Shown here: in pieces, positions 10,584-20,462 of the stretch
Numbering within the stretch: the first letter of the stretch is position 1
Layout of the letters: each line of letters begins with the position of its first letter
Source of the DNA: a virus
Length of the DNA: 64,000 bases
IMG/VR virus record: IMGVR_UViG_3300046461_000319
Direction: 5' to 3' (one strand)
The notes under the pieces: generated by a model
The model's input: only the letters and a program-made list of their open reading frames with translations
Database searches by the model: none
What the model was told of the DNA's origin: nothing
Position numbers and translations under genes: made by a program

Positions 10584-10639
10584 GCCGTTGGTGTAGCTGA
10601 TGCCGTCCGCACCAGATCCATCACCTAGGGAAGCGCCTC

Positions 10640-10816
10640 ATGAAGGGTAAGACCACTATTATGAGAGACGGCACGATAGTCACAGAGGTCCTCGACCGCG
10701 AGGGCAGTGACTGCAAGGAAGTCTACAAGTTGACAGAGCGTCTCGGTCAGACGACCGGAGAGGAAGTCACAGGCCCGGACTGCGACACGACCATCGAGAC
10801 TACCTCCGACGCTTGA
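10640..10816 (+). CDS. DUF2997-like small protein (58 aa, not in ORF track)
   Basis: Hand translation MKGKTTIMRDGTIVTEVLDREGSDCKEVYKLTERLG...; resembles DUF2997; context with DUF1257 and AAA. Confidence 0.6.
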   Translation: MKGKTTIMRDGTIVTEVLDREGSDCKEVYKLTERLGQTTGEEVTGPDCDTTIETTSDA

Positions 10817-10854
10817 GCCCAAGAACACCGGAACCAAGAAGAAGAGGTATTTTC

Positions 10855-11181
10855 ATGTCGAGAAAGATCACGAACAAACTCAACATCACGGACGCGGACC
10901 TTGCGAAGGACTGTCTGCACCTGGCTGGTCTAGATTTCCAAGAGCATGGTAAGACGCTGTTGATCACGTCGGGCGAGCTTCATCATGCGAGGCTCGACCT
11001 AGAGACTGGGATCATCTCTGGGGACTCTGATCATGGGCACTCAGCCGCTAAGTTTGGCATGCTCCGCCAATACTACGCTGAGGCGCAACTGCGCCAAGAG
11101 TACGCGAAAAACGGCACTACGGTCGACGAAAGACAGAGCGATCTAGACGGCAACATCGTGCTCATGTGGCACATGGCCTGA
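10855..11181 (+). CDS. DUF1257 / Ycf35-like protein
   Basis: MSRKITNKLNITDADLAKDCL...IISGDSD...LRQYYAEA...GNIVL; DUF2997/AAA neighbourhood. Confidence 0.55.
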   Translation: MSRKITNKLNITDADLAKDCLHLAGLDFQEHGKTLLITSGELHHARLDLETGIISGDSDHGHSAAKFGMLRQYYAEAQLRQEYAKNGTTVDERQSDLDGNIVLMWHMA

Positions 11182-11200
11182 GCTCTGGCTGGCTGATTTA

Positions 11201-11238
11201 CCAAAGGCTCTGCTGGCGACCCCCAGCAGGGCCTTTGG
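11201..11238 (+). terminator. Stem-loop, probable terminator
   Basis: ccaaaggctctgctgg-cgaccc-ccagcagggcctttgg, 16-bp stem with one G:U, followed by tgtttct. Confidence 0.6.
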
Positions 11239-11261
11239 TGTTTCTGGTGTAATTGGCCGGC

Positions 11262-12812
11262 ATGCTCCCGGAGTTCAGCTTCTATCTCCACTGCATCACA
11301 CGGTTGATTTACGTCGTCACCGATGAAGAGGACAGGTTTCTCAATCAACTCAAGGAAGGGCTGCGTCGAGACAACAAGGTCGCTAATGTCCGCGTCTACA
11401 ACGCTGCTTTCGGTCTCATCCCGCTGCTCGATCTGATCGACGATTGGAAGCGCAAGGAACACAAGATCGACAAGGACACCATCAACATCCAGGACGCGCT
11501 GACTGCAATCTACAAGGACGAGGCGAGCCCACAGCGCAAGTACTACGTGATCACCGACCCAGAGCGCTGGCTACAGGATCAGCACGTGCAGCGTCGGCTT
11601 CTGAACATCTTGCACCAAGTGCACAACGACAGCGGCACGGCGAAGATCATCATTTGTGTTGGTAGCCGCCGCTACATCCCGGAGAAGCTACAGCGGTACA
11701 CAGAAGTGGTGCATGACACGGGGCTCACGGCAGATGAGATCCTCAAGGTCGTCTCCGATACGTGCGGCGAGCTCGAGGTGCCGTTGCCAGAGAATCCCGA
11801 GGGGATATTTCGAGGCCTGACATCCTTCGAGGTGCAGTCAGCGCTCATCCAAGGATACAAGCGTGACTCGCTCAGGGACCGGGACGAGCTCGCACGGTAC
11901 AAGTTTCGGCAGCTGCGCAAGACTGACCTGGTTCACTACGTCGACACCTCCAAGTACTCGTTCGAGCAAGTAGGGGGAGTCGCCCGCTTCAAGAAGTGGG
12001 TGCAGATGGCGAAAGCGACCTGGACCCCAGAAGGGCAAGCCTTTGGACTTGAGCCGCCCAAGGGTGTTCTGGCCGTGGGTGTCTGGGGCACTGGCAAGTC
12101 TCTGAGCATAAAGGCGTTGGGTAACGCGTGGGGGCTGCCTGTGATTCAGCTCGAGATGGGGAAGCTACGGACCGCCGAAGTCGGGGGCTCGGAAGCCAAC
12201 ATGTATCGTGCGCTTCGCATCATTGAGTCTATGGCGCCTTGCATCGTCTGGGTGGATGAAGCCGAGAAGAGTTTCGCCGGCAGTCACTCTTCTTCGCAGA
12301 CCGACGCTGGCACTACGAGTCGATCGATTGGTATCCTGTCGACATGGTTGCAGGAGACCAAGGCTCCCGTGTGCTTGGCAATGACTGCCAACTCGCTCAA
12401 GACCTTGCCAGTTGAATTCGTGAACCGCACCGATGACAGGTGGTTTTTTGACCTCCCGTCCGTTGAGGACCGCGTCGATATTCTCAAGATTCATCTCGCT
12501 AAGCGGGGCCAAGATACGAGGGGGTTCGACCTCGCGGCACTGGCGGACAAAGCCAAGCTGATGGTCGGTCGAGAGATCGAGCAAGCCATCAAGTCAGCTT
12601 TGACGGCGAGCTTTGACGCTAGGAAGCGCGGCTTGGATGAGGGCATCTTGCTTAGGGAGCTCGGCCGTAAGCCGCGCATTGTGAAGACCATGGTTACGGA
12701 GATCAACGAGACGCTCGACTGGATCGGCTTCGACCCCGAGATAGATGACGGCATTAGAGCTCGCTTCGCAGCAGACCCCAGTGGCAATGATCGCAAATTC
12801 TCAGTCACGTGA
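11262..12812 (+). CDS. Ycf46-like AAA+ ATPase
   Basis: Walker A GVWGTGKS, Walker B VWVDEAEK, MTANS; inactive N-terminal AAA-like region; start set by GGTGTA 10 nt upstream. Confidence 0.85.
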   Translation: MLPEFSFYLHCITRLIYVVTDEEDRFLNQLKEGLRRDNKVANVRVYNAAFGLIPLLDLIDDWKRKEHKIDKDTINIQDALTAIYKDEASPQRKYYVITDPERWLQDQHVQRRLLNILHQVHNDSGTAKIIICVGSRRYIPEKLQRYTEVVHDTGLTADEILKVVSDTCGELEVPLPENPEGIFRGLTSFEVQSALIQGYKRDSLRDRDELARYKFRQLRKTDLVHYVDTSKYSFEQVGGVARFKKWVQMAKATWTPEGQAFGLEPPKGVLAVGVWGTGKSLSIKALGNAWGLPVIQLEMGKLRTAEVGGSEANMYRALRIIESMAPCIVWVDEAEKSFAGSHSSSQTDAGTTSRSIGILSTWLQETKAPVCLAMTANSLKTLPVEFVNRTDDRWFFDLPSVEDRVDILKIHLAKRGQDTRGFDLAALADKAKLMVGREIEQAIKSALTASFDARKRGLDEGILLRELGRKPRIVKTMVTEINETLDWIGFDPEIDDGIRARFAADPSGNDRKFSVT

Positions 12813-12819
12813 GGTGCAA

Positions 12820-13944
12820 GTGTCGAATCTAGTTAAGCTTGAAGGTCTCGAGGCATTGACGGCCCCGCCAAGGGCTGACCTCCTTTTGGCTCGCCGTGCG
12901 ATTCACGCAAGTCCGGAGCTCCAGCAGCTGTTCGATGATGCTGCTACTCAAGGATGGGAGGTTGATCGCTTGGCGAGTGCCATAGATGATGGGCTGCGGC
13001 GGGCCTTGGGCACATCGATCGGGGCTGCGACCGCGTTATTCTTGGCGGAAGAGTTCGAGGCCCGCGACAAACAGCAGACCCTATTGGTGTCCGCGGACAC
13101 AGGGCTTGCTGTTGCCCAAGTCCCTCCGGACGCTCTCTATCAACCAGACCCGGTTGCTCGTGAAGGAACGGACCAGCTGGCGACCCCGCTCATGCGGCTG
13201 AAGCCGGAGGTGGAAGCAGCGATTGTGCAGCACCACTATCGGCGTGCCGAAGATCGGAGCCTGACCGCCAAGCTACAGCAACGGGCGCGCAGCAGTGAGC
13301 TTCAAAAAGCAGAGGGTGACGCCAGATTTCGGATCGCAACTCGGAGCGGTCGCACAAGCCTTGCGGAGCAGCTACGCGGCGAGCTCCCCACGCTGCTCAG
13401 TGATCATCGCGGCGCGAGCGGTCGCCTATTGCGGCTGTGCAGGCTGAATGAGCCGGTTCCGAGCTCGCACAGCCTGACGCTCGAGTGGACCCTGTTCAGC
13501 CAGGTCTCAATGCTAGTCGCGGATGGGCTCGCCAACAATCTCCGGCATGACTCGTACGGGTCGGCCCGGGGCCGGATTCGCGCTGGGTGGACCCGAAGCC
13601 TAGCGAAGGCTATCGCGACTTTGGCGCATCTCAAGTGCGCGAAAGTCCACGTGAGGACCCGTGAGTTGGGGCCGGAGGGGCTACTGATCGCCGAGCCCAA
13701 TGCGGTTGCGATGGGCTTACATGCGAAGTCCTTGTTTACCGTGGAGGCACCGTCGGTGCTTCTCAACAGCGATGTTTACCTTACTTTCAGATCCGACTAC
13801 CGACTAGACGCCTACGAATCCCAGGCGCGCTGGAACCTAGATGCATCGATTGACGTGTGTATGCATCTTGACCCGGAAGCCGTCAGTGCTGTCATTTTTA
13901 CAGACGTGGTGGAATCTGGCGTTTCTGTTGAGGTTCTTCCGTGA
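12820..13944 (+). CDS. Hypothetical protein (possible divergent capsid-fold protein)
   Basis: GTG start after gaggtg; long open frame; see finding. Confidence 0.55.
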   Translation: MSNLVKLEGLEALTAPPRADLLLARRAIHASPELQQLFDDAATQGWEVDRLASAIDDGLRRALGTSIGAATALFLAEEFEARDKQQTLLVSADTGLAVAQVPPDALYQPDPVAREGTDQLATPLMRLKPEVEAAIVQHHYRRAEDRSLTAKLQQRARSSELQKAEGDARFRIATRSGRTSLAEQLRGELPTLLSDHRGASGRLLRLCRLNEPVPSSHSLTLEWTLFSQVSMLVADGLANNLRHDSYGSARGRIRAGWTRSLAKAIATLAHLKCAKVHVRTRELGPEGLLIAEPNAVAMGLHAKSLFTVEAPSVLLNSDVYLTFRSDYRLDAYESQARWNLDASIDVCMHLDPEAVSAVIFTDVVESGVSVEVLP

Positions 13945-13978
13945 ATTCCCTTGTGGTTGGGCGCAATAGAGGCACTCG

Positions 13979-14272
13979 TTGGCAGATTCGAGAGATGCAA
14001 CCTCCGAGGAGCGGGCTCTACGGTCCTTACTCCAGTACCTACGGCAGGAACCTGCCAAGATGCATTGCGTTGGACCCATCTCTTTGTGGCTGTGTGGGGG
14101 CTATCCGATTCATTGGGTCGAGAAGTTGATGGAAGACCTCGTGCTAGCCAAGATACTGCGCCCAGCTACGCCGCAAGAGCTGGCAGAGCACGATTGTCGT
14201 CATGGGTACTTCGTGACCCCCGAGGGGCTGGTTGCCTTGCCAGCTGAGGATCGATCATACGGGGCTACCTAG
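13979..14272 (+). CDS. Hypothetical small protein (winged-helix-like)
   Basis: ORF fills the gap; ends GYFVTPEG. Confidence 0.5.
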   Translation: MADSRDATSEERALRSLLQYLRQEPAKMHCVGPISLWLCGGYPIHWVEKLMEDLVLAKILRPATPQELAEHDCRHGYFVTPEGLVALPAEDRSYGAT

Positions 14273-14289
14273 CGGTGTAGAGCCGGCGC

Positions 14290-14847
14290 GTGAAAGCCAA
14301 ACGCGTATTGGTTGATGTAGACCAGGTACTCTGTGATTTCGCCACCCCCGCAATTCAGTATGTGCGGGAGCAGTTCGGAGTGGACCTGGAACTATCTAGG
14401 CTGAGGCATTGGGACATGTTCCTGACGCTGTCGGCAGAACAGTTCCGGGCATTTGAAGAGGATTTCTTTGTAGAAGGCCGCTGTGCTTCGCTCGAGCTGT
14501 ACCCCGGCGTAGTGGAGGCCGTCGAGGCCATCCGTAGGCACGCAGAGGTCGTAGCGGTCACGAGTCCGCCTCGTTACAGCCGCCACTGGGTCCACGAACG
14601 CACGGAGTGGTTGAGCTCTAGGCTAGGGTTCGACCACAACTCGATTATTCACACTAGGGCCAAGCACATGATTGTTGGGGACATGCTGGTCGACGATTCG
14701 CCAATCAATGTGATCAAGTGGCAACAGCATCACCCTCAAGGCGTTGGTCTCTTGTGGGCTTTGCCGAATACAGAACACCTTACAGAGTGTGAGGGCTTCC
14801 GTGTGCGAACCTGGGATCAGGTCCTAGGGCGCGTTAAAGCTTTGTAG
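14290..14847 (+). CDS. 5'(3')-deoxyribonucleotidase (HAD, NT5C family)
   Basis: LVDVDQV (DxD), VTSP, DMLVDD. Confidence 0.85.
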   Translation: MKAKRVLVDVDQVLCDFATPAIQYVREQFGVDLELSRLRHWDMFLTLSAEQFRAFEEDFFVEGRCASLELYPGVVEAVEAIRRHAEVVAVTSPPRYSRHWVHERTEWLSSRLGFDHNSIIHTRAKHMIVGDMLVDDSPINVIKWQQHHPQGVGLLWALPNTEHLTECEGFRVRTWDQVLGRVKAL

Positions 14848-14886
14848 AGATCACAGTCACCACGCTCAACTAGGATTGGATCGATT

Positions 14887-15564
14887 GTGTTAACAGACAA
14901 GCAACGGCAGAAGATCGTCGGCAAGCTGGCCTCGGAGCCATCTGACTCTAAGCTCGCGGACAAGTTCGGGACTAGCCGTACGACCGTTTGGCGACTCCGG
15001 CAAGAAGAGACAGCGAAGCAGGCAAAGCTAAAGAGAGCAAAGGCACGCATGAAAGCCAAAGAAAAGATCAAGCCAGCGGTGAAGACGGTTCGAGCTCCTG
15101 TGCCGATGCCAGTAGCACCAGTGGCGCCCGTCGAGGCAAAGCCAGCAGCGGTAGACCCAACACCGAAGGTTGACGTTGAGCCGAGCGTTCTGGGCACCTA
15201 TTTCGCCGTGCAGCTCCTGCGGTGCGAGCACATCAAAGAGGTCGCCAATGCCGTTATGCAAGCGGCAGAGACGCGCGGGGCTCTGTTCCGTAAGCTGCAG
15301 GTGATGGACCTCGTGTCTGTCGGAACGGTGACCTTCGTTCGGTTTCGTTCTGATCTGGCCAATCCCGGCGCGGTACTCACGAACCTAAACCGTGGGTTTA
15401 TCTCCTTCTTGGATGGCAACTACCGGATCACGTTCGCGGACGGGCGGCAAGGGGTGAAGTTCCCAACCACGATCATGTGCTCGGTCCAGAAGGTCGGGTT
15501 CGGGCAGACCTTCGCTGGCCCCAAGATCAAGCGCTGGGCACAGCAGTTCGCTAGCGCCAGCTAA
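14887..15564 (+). CDS. HTH-containing putative DNA-binding protein
   Basis: N-terminal KLADKFGTSRTTVWRL helix-turn-helix; Lys/Ala/Pro-rich linker. Confidence 0.6.
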   Translation: MLTDKQRQKIVGKLASEPSDSKLADKFGTSRTTVWRLRQEETAKQAKLKRAKARMKAKEKIKPAVKTVRAPVPMPVAPVAPVEAKPAAVDPTPKVDVEPSVLGTYFAVQLLRCEHIKEVANAVMQAAETRGALFRKLQVMDLVSVGTVTFVRFRSDLANPGAVLTNLNRGFISFLDGNYRITFADGRQGVKFPTTIMCSVQKVGFGQTFAGPKIKRWAQQFASAS

Positions 15565-15587
15565 TCCTCCTTTGCTCGCGCTGAGAT

Positions 15588-16340
15588 ATGCGTGTCGCGA
15601 CTGTGCAGACCTGCCCTGTGTTCATGGACCGGGCCGGCAACATCAAACGTTTGAGAGAGCTGGTGGTCCGTGCCGCCACAAACGGCGCGAAGCTTGTCGT
15701 GCTGCCAGAACTGGCGACCACTGGCTACTCGTTTATGAGCCGGGCTGACGCGGAGCTCAACGCCGAGATCCTGCAGTACCCGTCGGAGGCTCCGCACAGC
15801 AGTTTCAGCGTGTTCCGAGCTCTGGCGCGCAAGCACAATGTCTACATCGCATGGGGCTTGGTCGAAAAGTCGGCGGGCACTGGCAACCTATTCAACAGCC
15901 AAGTTCTCATGTGCCCCGACGGCGGTTTTGAGTCGTATCAGAAGTGCAACCTATTTGGCAATGACTGGCTATGGGCGAGCGAGGGGCGAAGCAATCCCCC
16001 CGTGCGCCGAATCGTGGTCGACGGCAAGGCCTATAAAGTTGGGCTGCTGATCTGCCGTGACGTGCGGGACAAGGCCGATAACCGCGACAATCTCTATGAG
16101 CCGGGGGACGCTGACGTGGTTGTGTATTCGGCGAACTGGGGCGACGGCGGATTCCCAGCAACGGCATGGATCAACTTCGCCAAGAACAACCGTACGTCGC
16201 TCGTGGTCTCGAATCGCTACGGCCATGAAGCCAACAACAACTTCGGGGAGGGCGGGGTGTGCATCATCCGCCCCGACCGATCTGTGACGTGTGAGGGGCT
16301 GGTCTGGAGCGAGGACTGCATCGTTTACGGGGATGTCTAA
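15588..16340 (+). CDS. Carbon-nitrogen hydrolase (nitrilase superfamily)
   Basis: Catalytic triad E (LPELATTGY), K (YQKCNL), C (LLICRD). Confidence 0.9.
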   Translation: MRVATVQTCPVFMDRAGNIKRLRELVVRAATNGAKLVVLPELATTGYSFMSRADAELNAEILQYPSEAPHSSFSVFRALARKHNVYIAWGLVEKSAGTGNLFNSQVLMCPDGGFESYQKCNLFGNDWLWASEGRSNPPVRRIVVDGKAYKVGLLICRDVRDKADNRDNLYEPGDADVVVYSANWGDGGFPATAWINFAKNNRTSLVVSNRYGHEANNNFGEGGVCIIRPDRSVTCEGLVWSEDCIVYGDV

Positions 16341-17500
16341 TGATAGGTGAATCTAGGGTGACCTCTGATGTTTCGGTAGCCGGTCGAGTGCTGGCTCGTT
16401 ACCTCCACGCAAAAGCGAAAGGGGTCTCGCTGGTCCCCGAGTACAAGGAGGCGCTGGAGAAGTTAGGGCAAGGTGATGCTGATCCGGCAGTGAGCTTCGC
16501 AAGGCGGGTAGTGGACCTCATTCTGCCCGGTGGCGATCGCGCGCCCTGGTTGGCGGGCCTCAGCGTTCAGAAAATGAACGCGGTCAACTCGCTCTATAAA
16601 GATGCGAGCCGGCTGCTCGATCAGGACGTTGCCATCCTGGCGCAGCGCAAAGGGGACGATGAGAAGCGGCTGGAGTGGATGAAGTACATGGCCTTTAACA
16701 TGGCCAAGTGGGCGAAGGACGTCCGCACGCTTGAGATCGCGTCGGCGCTTGGTGATGCGGAGAGCGAGATCCCGCATGGCCCATTCACGGTTATCCCCAT
16801 TCCGGGACTCACGAAAAAGCAAGTCGAGGAGGCGCTGGCGGCTTTTGACGCCGCCGCGGACAAGGTCCGGCAGAAGTTCCCCAAGGTTCTCTACGGCAAG
16901 GTTTTCCTCAGCAAGCACCTGAAGAAGGGCACGGCCGCTTGGTACGAGGCGGGTACCGACACCCTGGCGCTAAACGTCCTTGCCAAGAAGCGGTTCGACG
17001 ACGTCTATACGATCGTCCATGAATTGGGGCATCGGCACGACGCCAAGTTCGCGAGCGTAGAGGGCAAGCGAGAGTATTTTAGGCTCTCTACACAGAAGGT
17101 CTACGAGACCGTGCCCTTTGACGCCAAGCTACGTGAACAGCTGGCCGATGAGTGTGTAGAGATGGTCAAGAAGAAGGCTTTGGGCCAGCCTATGCCTCCG
17201 ATGTCTGCCAATCTTGTGATGTGGCTCAAGAGTCCGCACCCTCATCATAAGGGGGACGTGCGCGCTCTCACGACGTCATATTTACAGGGTAAGCTTGATG
17301 AGAAGGAGCTGCACGCGGCCATCAAGGGTAAGGAAGACGTCAGTCTTTCGACCGGTCAGGTCCTGCACGGACCTTTGGCGGTCACTCCATATGGAGCGAC
17401 GCATCCGAGGGAGAATTACGCGGAAGGCTTCGCACACTTTGTCTTGGGCATGGACATGCCGCCCGAGCTCGCCGCGATCATCGCTGCGGAAAGCAAGTGA
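16340..17500 (+). CDS. Zincin-like metallopeptidase-domain protein with RVLARY leader
   Basis: VHELGHRH and distal ENYAEGFAH; N-terminal VAGRVLARYLHAKA. Confidence 0.7.
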   Translation: MIGESRVTSDVSVAGRVLARYLHAKAKGVSLVPEYKEALEKLGQGDADPAVSFARRVVDLILPGGDRAPWLAGLSVQKMNAVNSLYKDASRLLDQDVAILAQRKGDDEKRLEWMKYMAFNMAKWAKDVRTLEIASALGDAESEIPHGPFTVIPIPGLTKKQVEEALAAFDAAADKVRQKFPKVLYGKVFLSKHLKKGTAAWYEAGTDTLALNVLAKKRFDDVYTIVHELGHRHDAKFASVEGKREYFRLSTQKVYETVPFDAKLREQLADECVEMVKKKALGQPMPPMSANLVMWLKSPHPHHKGDVRALTTSYLQGKLDEKELHAAIKGKEDVSLSTGQVLHGPLAVTPYGATHPRENYAEGFAHFVLGMDMPPELAAIIAAESK

Positions 17501-17519
17501 GCTCGGTGTAGCTAGGGCT

Positions 17520-18776
17520 ATGCCGGCTCGTTCAGAGAAACGCTGCAATTTCTGCAATCGCCCGCGCAACGAGGTTAAGAAGCTCATCTCTGCGGACGCT
17601 GACAGCGCCTGCATTTGCGATCGGTGCGTCGCCAATATCGGCGATGTCTTATCGAAGTCCATCGCGGCCGACAAAGTTGACGACAAGCCTCTCAAGAAGC
17701 CCCGCGAGATAGCGGCCTGCATCTCAGAGACCGTGATCAGCCAGGACGCTGCCAAGCAGGAAGTGGCGATTGCCGTCTATGAGCACTATCGGCGGCGAGA
17801 GATCCTACGGGCGGGCGGCTCTCTCATGATTGACGGTGAGCCCGTGGAGGTAGAGAAAAGCAACATTCTGATGCTGGGTCCATCGGGCTCGGGAAAGACA
17901 GCGATCGCACGCGCGGTCGCCAAGATGATTGACGTCCCGTTCTACGTCGGCGATGCGACCCGGCTAACCCAGGCGGGCTACGTCGGGGATGATGTCGAGT
18001 CCTTGCTCCAGGGGTTGATGGCGGCTGCGGGCAATGATGTTGAGCGCGCTCAGTGGGGGATCATCTTCATCGACGAAATTGACAAGCTGGCTCGCAAGTC
18101 GGGTCGCAACGCTTCTGGCTATCGTGATGTCTCCGGCGAAGGGGTGCAGCAGTCCCTCTTGAAGCTGATCGAGGGCTCGGTGGTCCCGATTCCGCGAGGG
18201 CGCGCTCCCAACTCCGGCGCCCGCGAGAGGGATATGATCGACACCACGAACATCCTCTTCATCTGCGCCGGCTCTTTTGCAGGGATCGAGGATGTGATCG
18301 CGCAGCGACTCAACAAGGGCGCCCGTCTTGGGTTTGGCAACGAGCTGCGGGCCGAATACAGCAAGACCGAGCTCTACCGTGAGGTGACGGTCGAGGATGT
18401 CCAAGAGTTCGGACTCATCCCCGAGTTAGTTGGGCGGCTTCCGGTGTTGACATCTACGCTAGAGCTCACGGAGGAAGAGCTGATCGAGATCCTCACGACC
18501 CCGCGGAGCTCGTTCTGTAAGCAGTTCCGAGCGCTGTACCTCTTGGATGGCATTGATCTCAGATTCGAGCCTGATGCGCTACGCGAGCTCGCCCGTCTTG
18601 CAAAGTTGCAATCCACGGGTGCACGGGCGCTGCGGACCATCCTCAAACGGGTACTTAAGCCCTATTCCTACGAAGCCCCCAATGACTCGGATATCATGGA
18701 GATCCACATCACAGCGGAAGCGGTTCAAACGCCCGGCAGTGGTATCGTAGTGCGCAGTCCCATCGCGACGGTATGA
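17520..18776 (+). CDS. clpX: ClpX-like AAA+ unfoldase
   Basis: Zn finger CNFC...CDRC, GPSGSGKT, DATRLTQAGYVGDDVE, DEIDK, RDVSGEGVQQSLLK, LGF loop, PELVGRLP. Confidence 0.95.
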   Translation: MPARSEKRCNFCNRPRNEVKKLISADADSACICDRCVANIGDVLSKSIAADKVDDKPLKKPREIAACISETVISQDAAKQEVAIAVYEHYRRREILRAGGSLMIDGEPVEVEKSNILMLGPSGSGKTAIARAVAKMIDVPFYVGDATRLTQAGYVGDDVESLLQGLMAAAGNDVERAQWGIIFIDEIDKLARKSGRNASGYRDVSGEGVQQSLLKLIEGSVVPIPRGRAPNSGARERDMIDTTNILFICAGSFAGIEDVIAQRLNKGARLGFGNELRAEYSKTELYREVTVEDVQEFGLIPELVGRLPVLTSTLELTEEELIEILTTPRSSFCKQFRALYLLDGIDLRFEPDALRELARLAKLQSTGARALRTILKRVLKPYSYEAPNDSDIMEIHITAEAVQTPGSGIVVRSPIATV

Positions 18777-18806
18777 CGCCTAGCCCTTTTATCTGCTGCT
18801 CTGGGT

Positions 18807-19385
18807 ATGAGCGTGCTGTCCGACCGAGTGCTGCGTCGATTTCTTGAAGCCGGGCGTGCGAAGTCGGCTCCCGCGAAAGTGGAGCCGTATTTCAAGAAAG
18901 TGAAGAAGCAGAACCCTGACTATTCTGACTCTCAAGCGTGGGCGACGGCCTGGTCCATCTACTGCAAGCACAAGAAACCAAGCGACCCATCGTGCCACCA
19001 GGATGATTACTTAGAGGGTCGATCCAAGAAGGCCAGCCCCGCGTATGACAAGAAACGCATGAGTTTGCTCTTGGTGTCCGACGGCCCGCTGCCGATGGCG
19101 GTCAACCGTGAGATTGCTCGCGAGCATATCACGATTCAGAATCTGGCCCCCTATGAAGAGGCTGACATCCCTCTGAAGATCTTGGGTACGGAGAGTCACG
19201 CACCGGCGGAAGCCGAGATGAGTGAAACGCGGCTCGATCTTGAGTATCCCGTCGGCAATGGGGATTCTCCCGCCGATGTGGCTAGCCTAGTGCGTCTAGC
19301 GCTGGACAATGTTGCTCGCAAGCATGGCATTAGAGTGGAGCCATGTGCGTCTAGCTACCATCCGAGACCACGTTTGGCCAAGTAG
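18807..19385 (+). CDS. Hypothetical two-module protein with RVLRRF leader
   Basis: LSDRVLRRFLEA leader; small QAWATAWSIYCK domain; KKAS junction; second domain. Confidence 0.65.
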   Translation: MSVLSDRVLRRFLEAGRAKSAPAKVEPYFKKVKKQNPDYSDSQAWATAWSIYCKHKKPSDPSCHQDDYLEGRSKKASPAYDKKRMSLLLVSDGPLPMAVNREIAREHITIQNLAPYEEADIPLKILGTESHAPAEAEMSETRLDLEYPVGNGDSPADVASLVRLALDNVARKHGIRVEPCASSYHPRPRLAK

Positions 19386-19417
19386 CTCCGGTCATTGCTT
19401 CCGGTGTAGAAGGTCCC

Positions 19418-20251
19418 ATGTCGAAACCTCCTAGGAGCGGCGTTGTAGAGACGGTCCCTTACAGCCTCTCTCGTTATACGGATCTTCCTGCGGCGAAGTG
19501 GAGTTGGTTTGAGAGCTGCCTAGCCGCTGAGCAGATGATAGCGTTCGATTCGAAGACTGGCGCCCCTAGCGTCTGGTCCCTTGCCCCCGAGGAAACCCTG
19601 GCGCTTGTCTTCTGGACGAAAAACCCGACCAACCTGATCGCTAGTCAACTCAGGCTGAAGGGATACAACGTTGTGATTCACATGACAGCGACTGGTTGGC
19701 GCGAGGTCGAAAAGGGGACGCCCACGATCAATGAAGCTGGGCGGCTGCTGGTTGAGGCCGTGAAGGCCTTCGGTAACGTCCACTGGCGATTCAGCCCGAT
19801 CCCGCTGCTGTCTACCCAGATGGTTCTCGAGCGGTTCAGGTACCTACTGGAGTACGCCCACCGGGCCGGTCGCCGCGAGGTCTTTGTCTCATTTCTTCAG
19901 CCGAACGATTCAATCCCAGAGACGCGCAGTTGCTCCGAGCGCTTCGAGCTCCTGAATCGTCTGGCAGAGATTGCGGCGCCGGCTGGCATTCAGGTGATGT
20001 TGTGCAAGGACGACCGATCTTTTGATGATTGGCAGGGGGCGCAGTTTCTCCTTGCCCCATGTGTGCCGGCTTCTGATTTCTCACGTGGCGGCCTAGCGCT
20101 TGAGTCGTGCGAGTGTGTCGCGATGGTCGACCCCTTCACGTTGAACGAGTCCTGCCTCTATGGTTGCCAGTACTGCTATGCCGGCGACAAGTCTCTGGCA
20201 CCTAAGAAGCGGAACACAAATCGCGGGTTGACCGTGATTCGGGGACATTGA
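19418..20251 (+). CDS. DUF1848-like (radical-SAM-related) protein
   Basis: SRYTDLPA, VFWTKNP, HWRFSPI, C-terminal CLYGCQYCYA. Confidence 0.7.
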   Translation: MSKPPRSGVVETVPYSLSRYTDLPAAKWSWFESCLAAEQMIAFDSKTGAPSVWSLAPEETLALVFWTKNPTNLIASQLRLKGYNVVIHMTATGWREVEKGTPTINEAGRLLVEAVKAFGNVHWRFSPIPLLSTQMVLERFRYLLEYAHRAGRREVFVSFLQPNDSIPETRSCSERFELLNRLAEIAAPAGIQVMLCKDDRSFDDWQGAQFLLAPCVPASDFSRGGLALESCECVAMVDPFTLNESCLYGCQYCYAGDKSLAPKKRNTNRGLTVIRGH

Positions 20252-20462
20252 CCGCTCACTTTGTTTTATGGCCGTGCGGCAGTAGAAGGCAGTGATCGAA
20301 TCTTGGCCAGTATTTCGGAACCCAGACGGGGGCCGATTGGCGATGACGATGACTAGCCAAACAATAACGTAGCCATAGTGGCGCCGTTGGGATCACTGGC
20401 AACGCTGTTGCCTTGCTTGATGCCGCGTGCAAAGACACTGGCGTTCTTGGAGTAGTGTTGCT

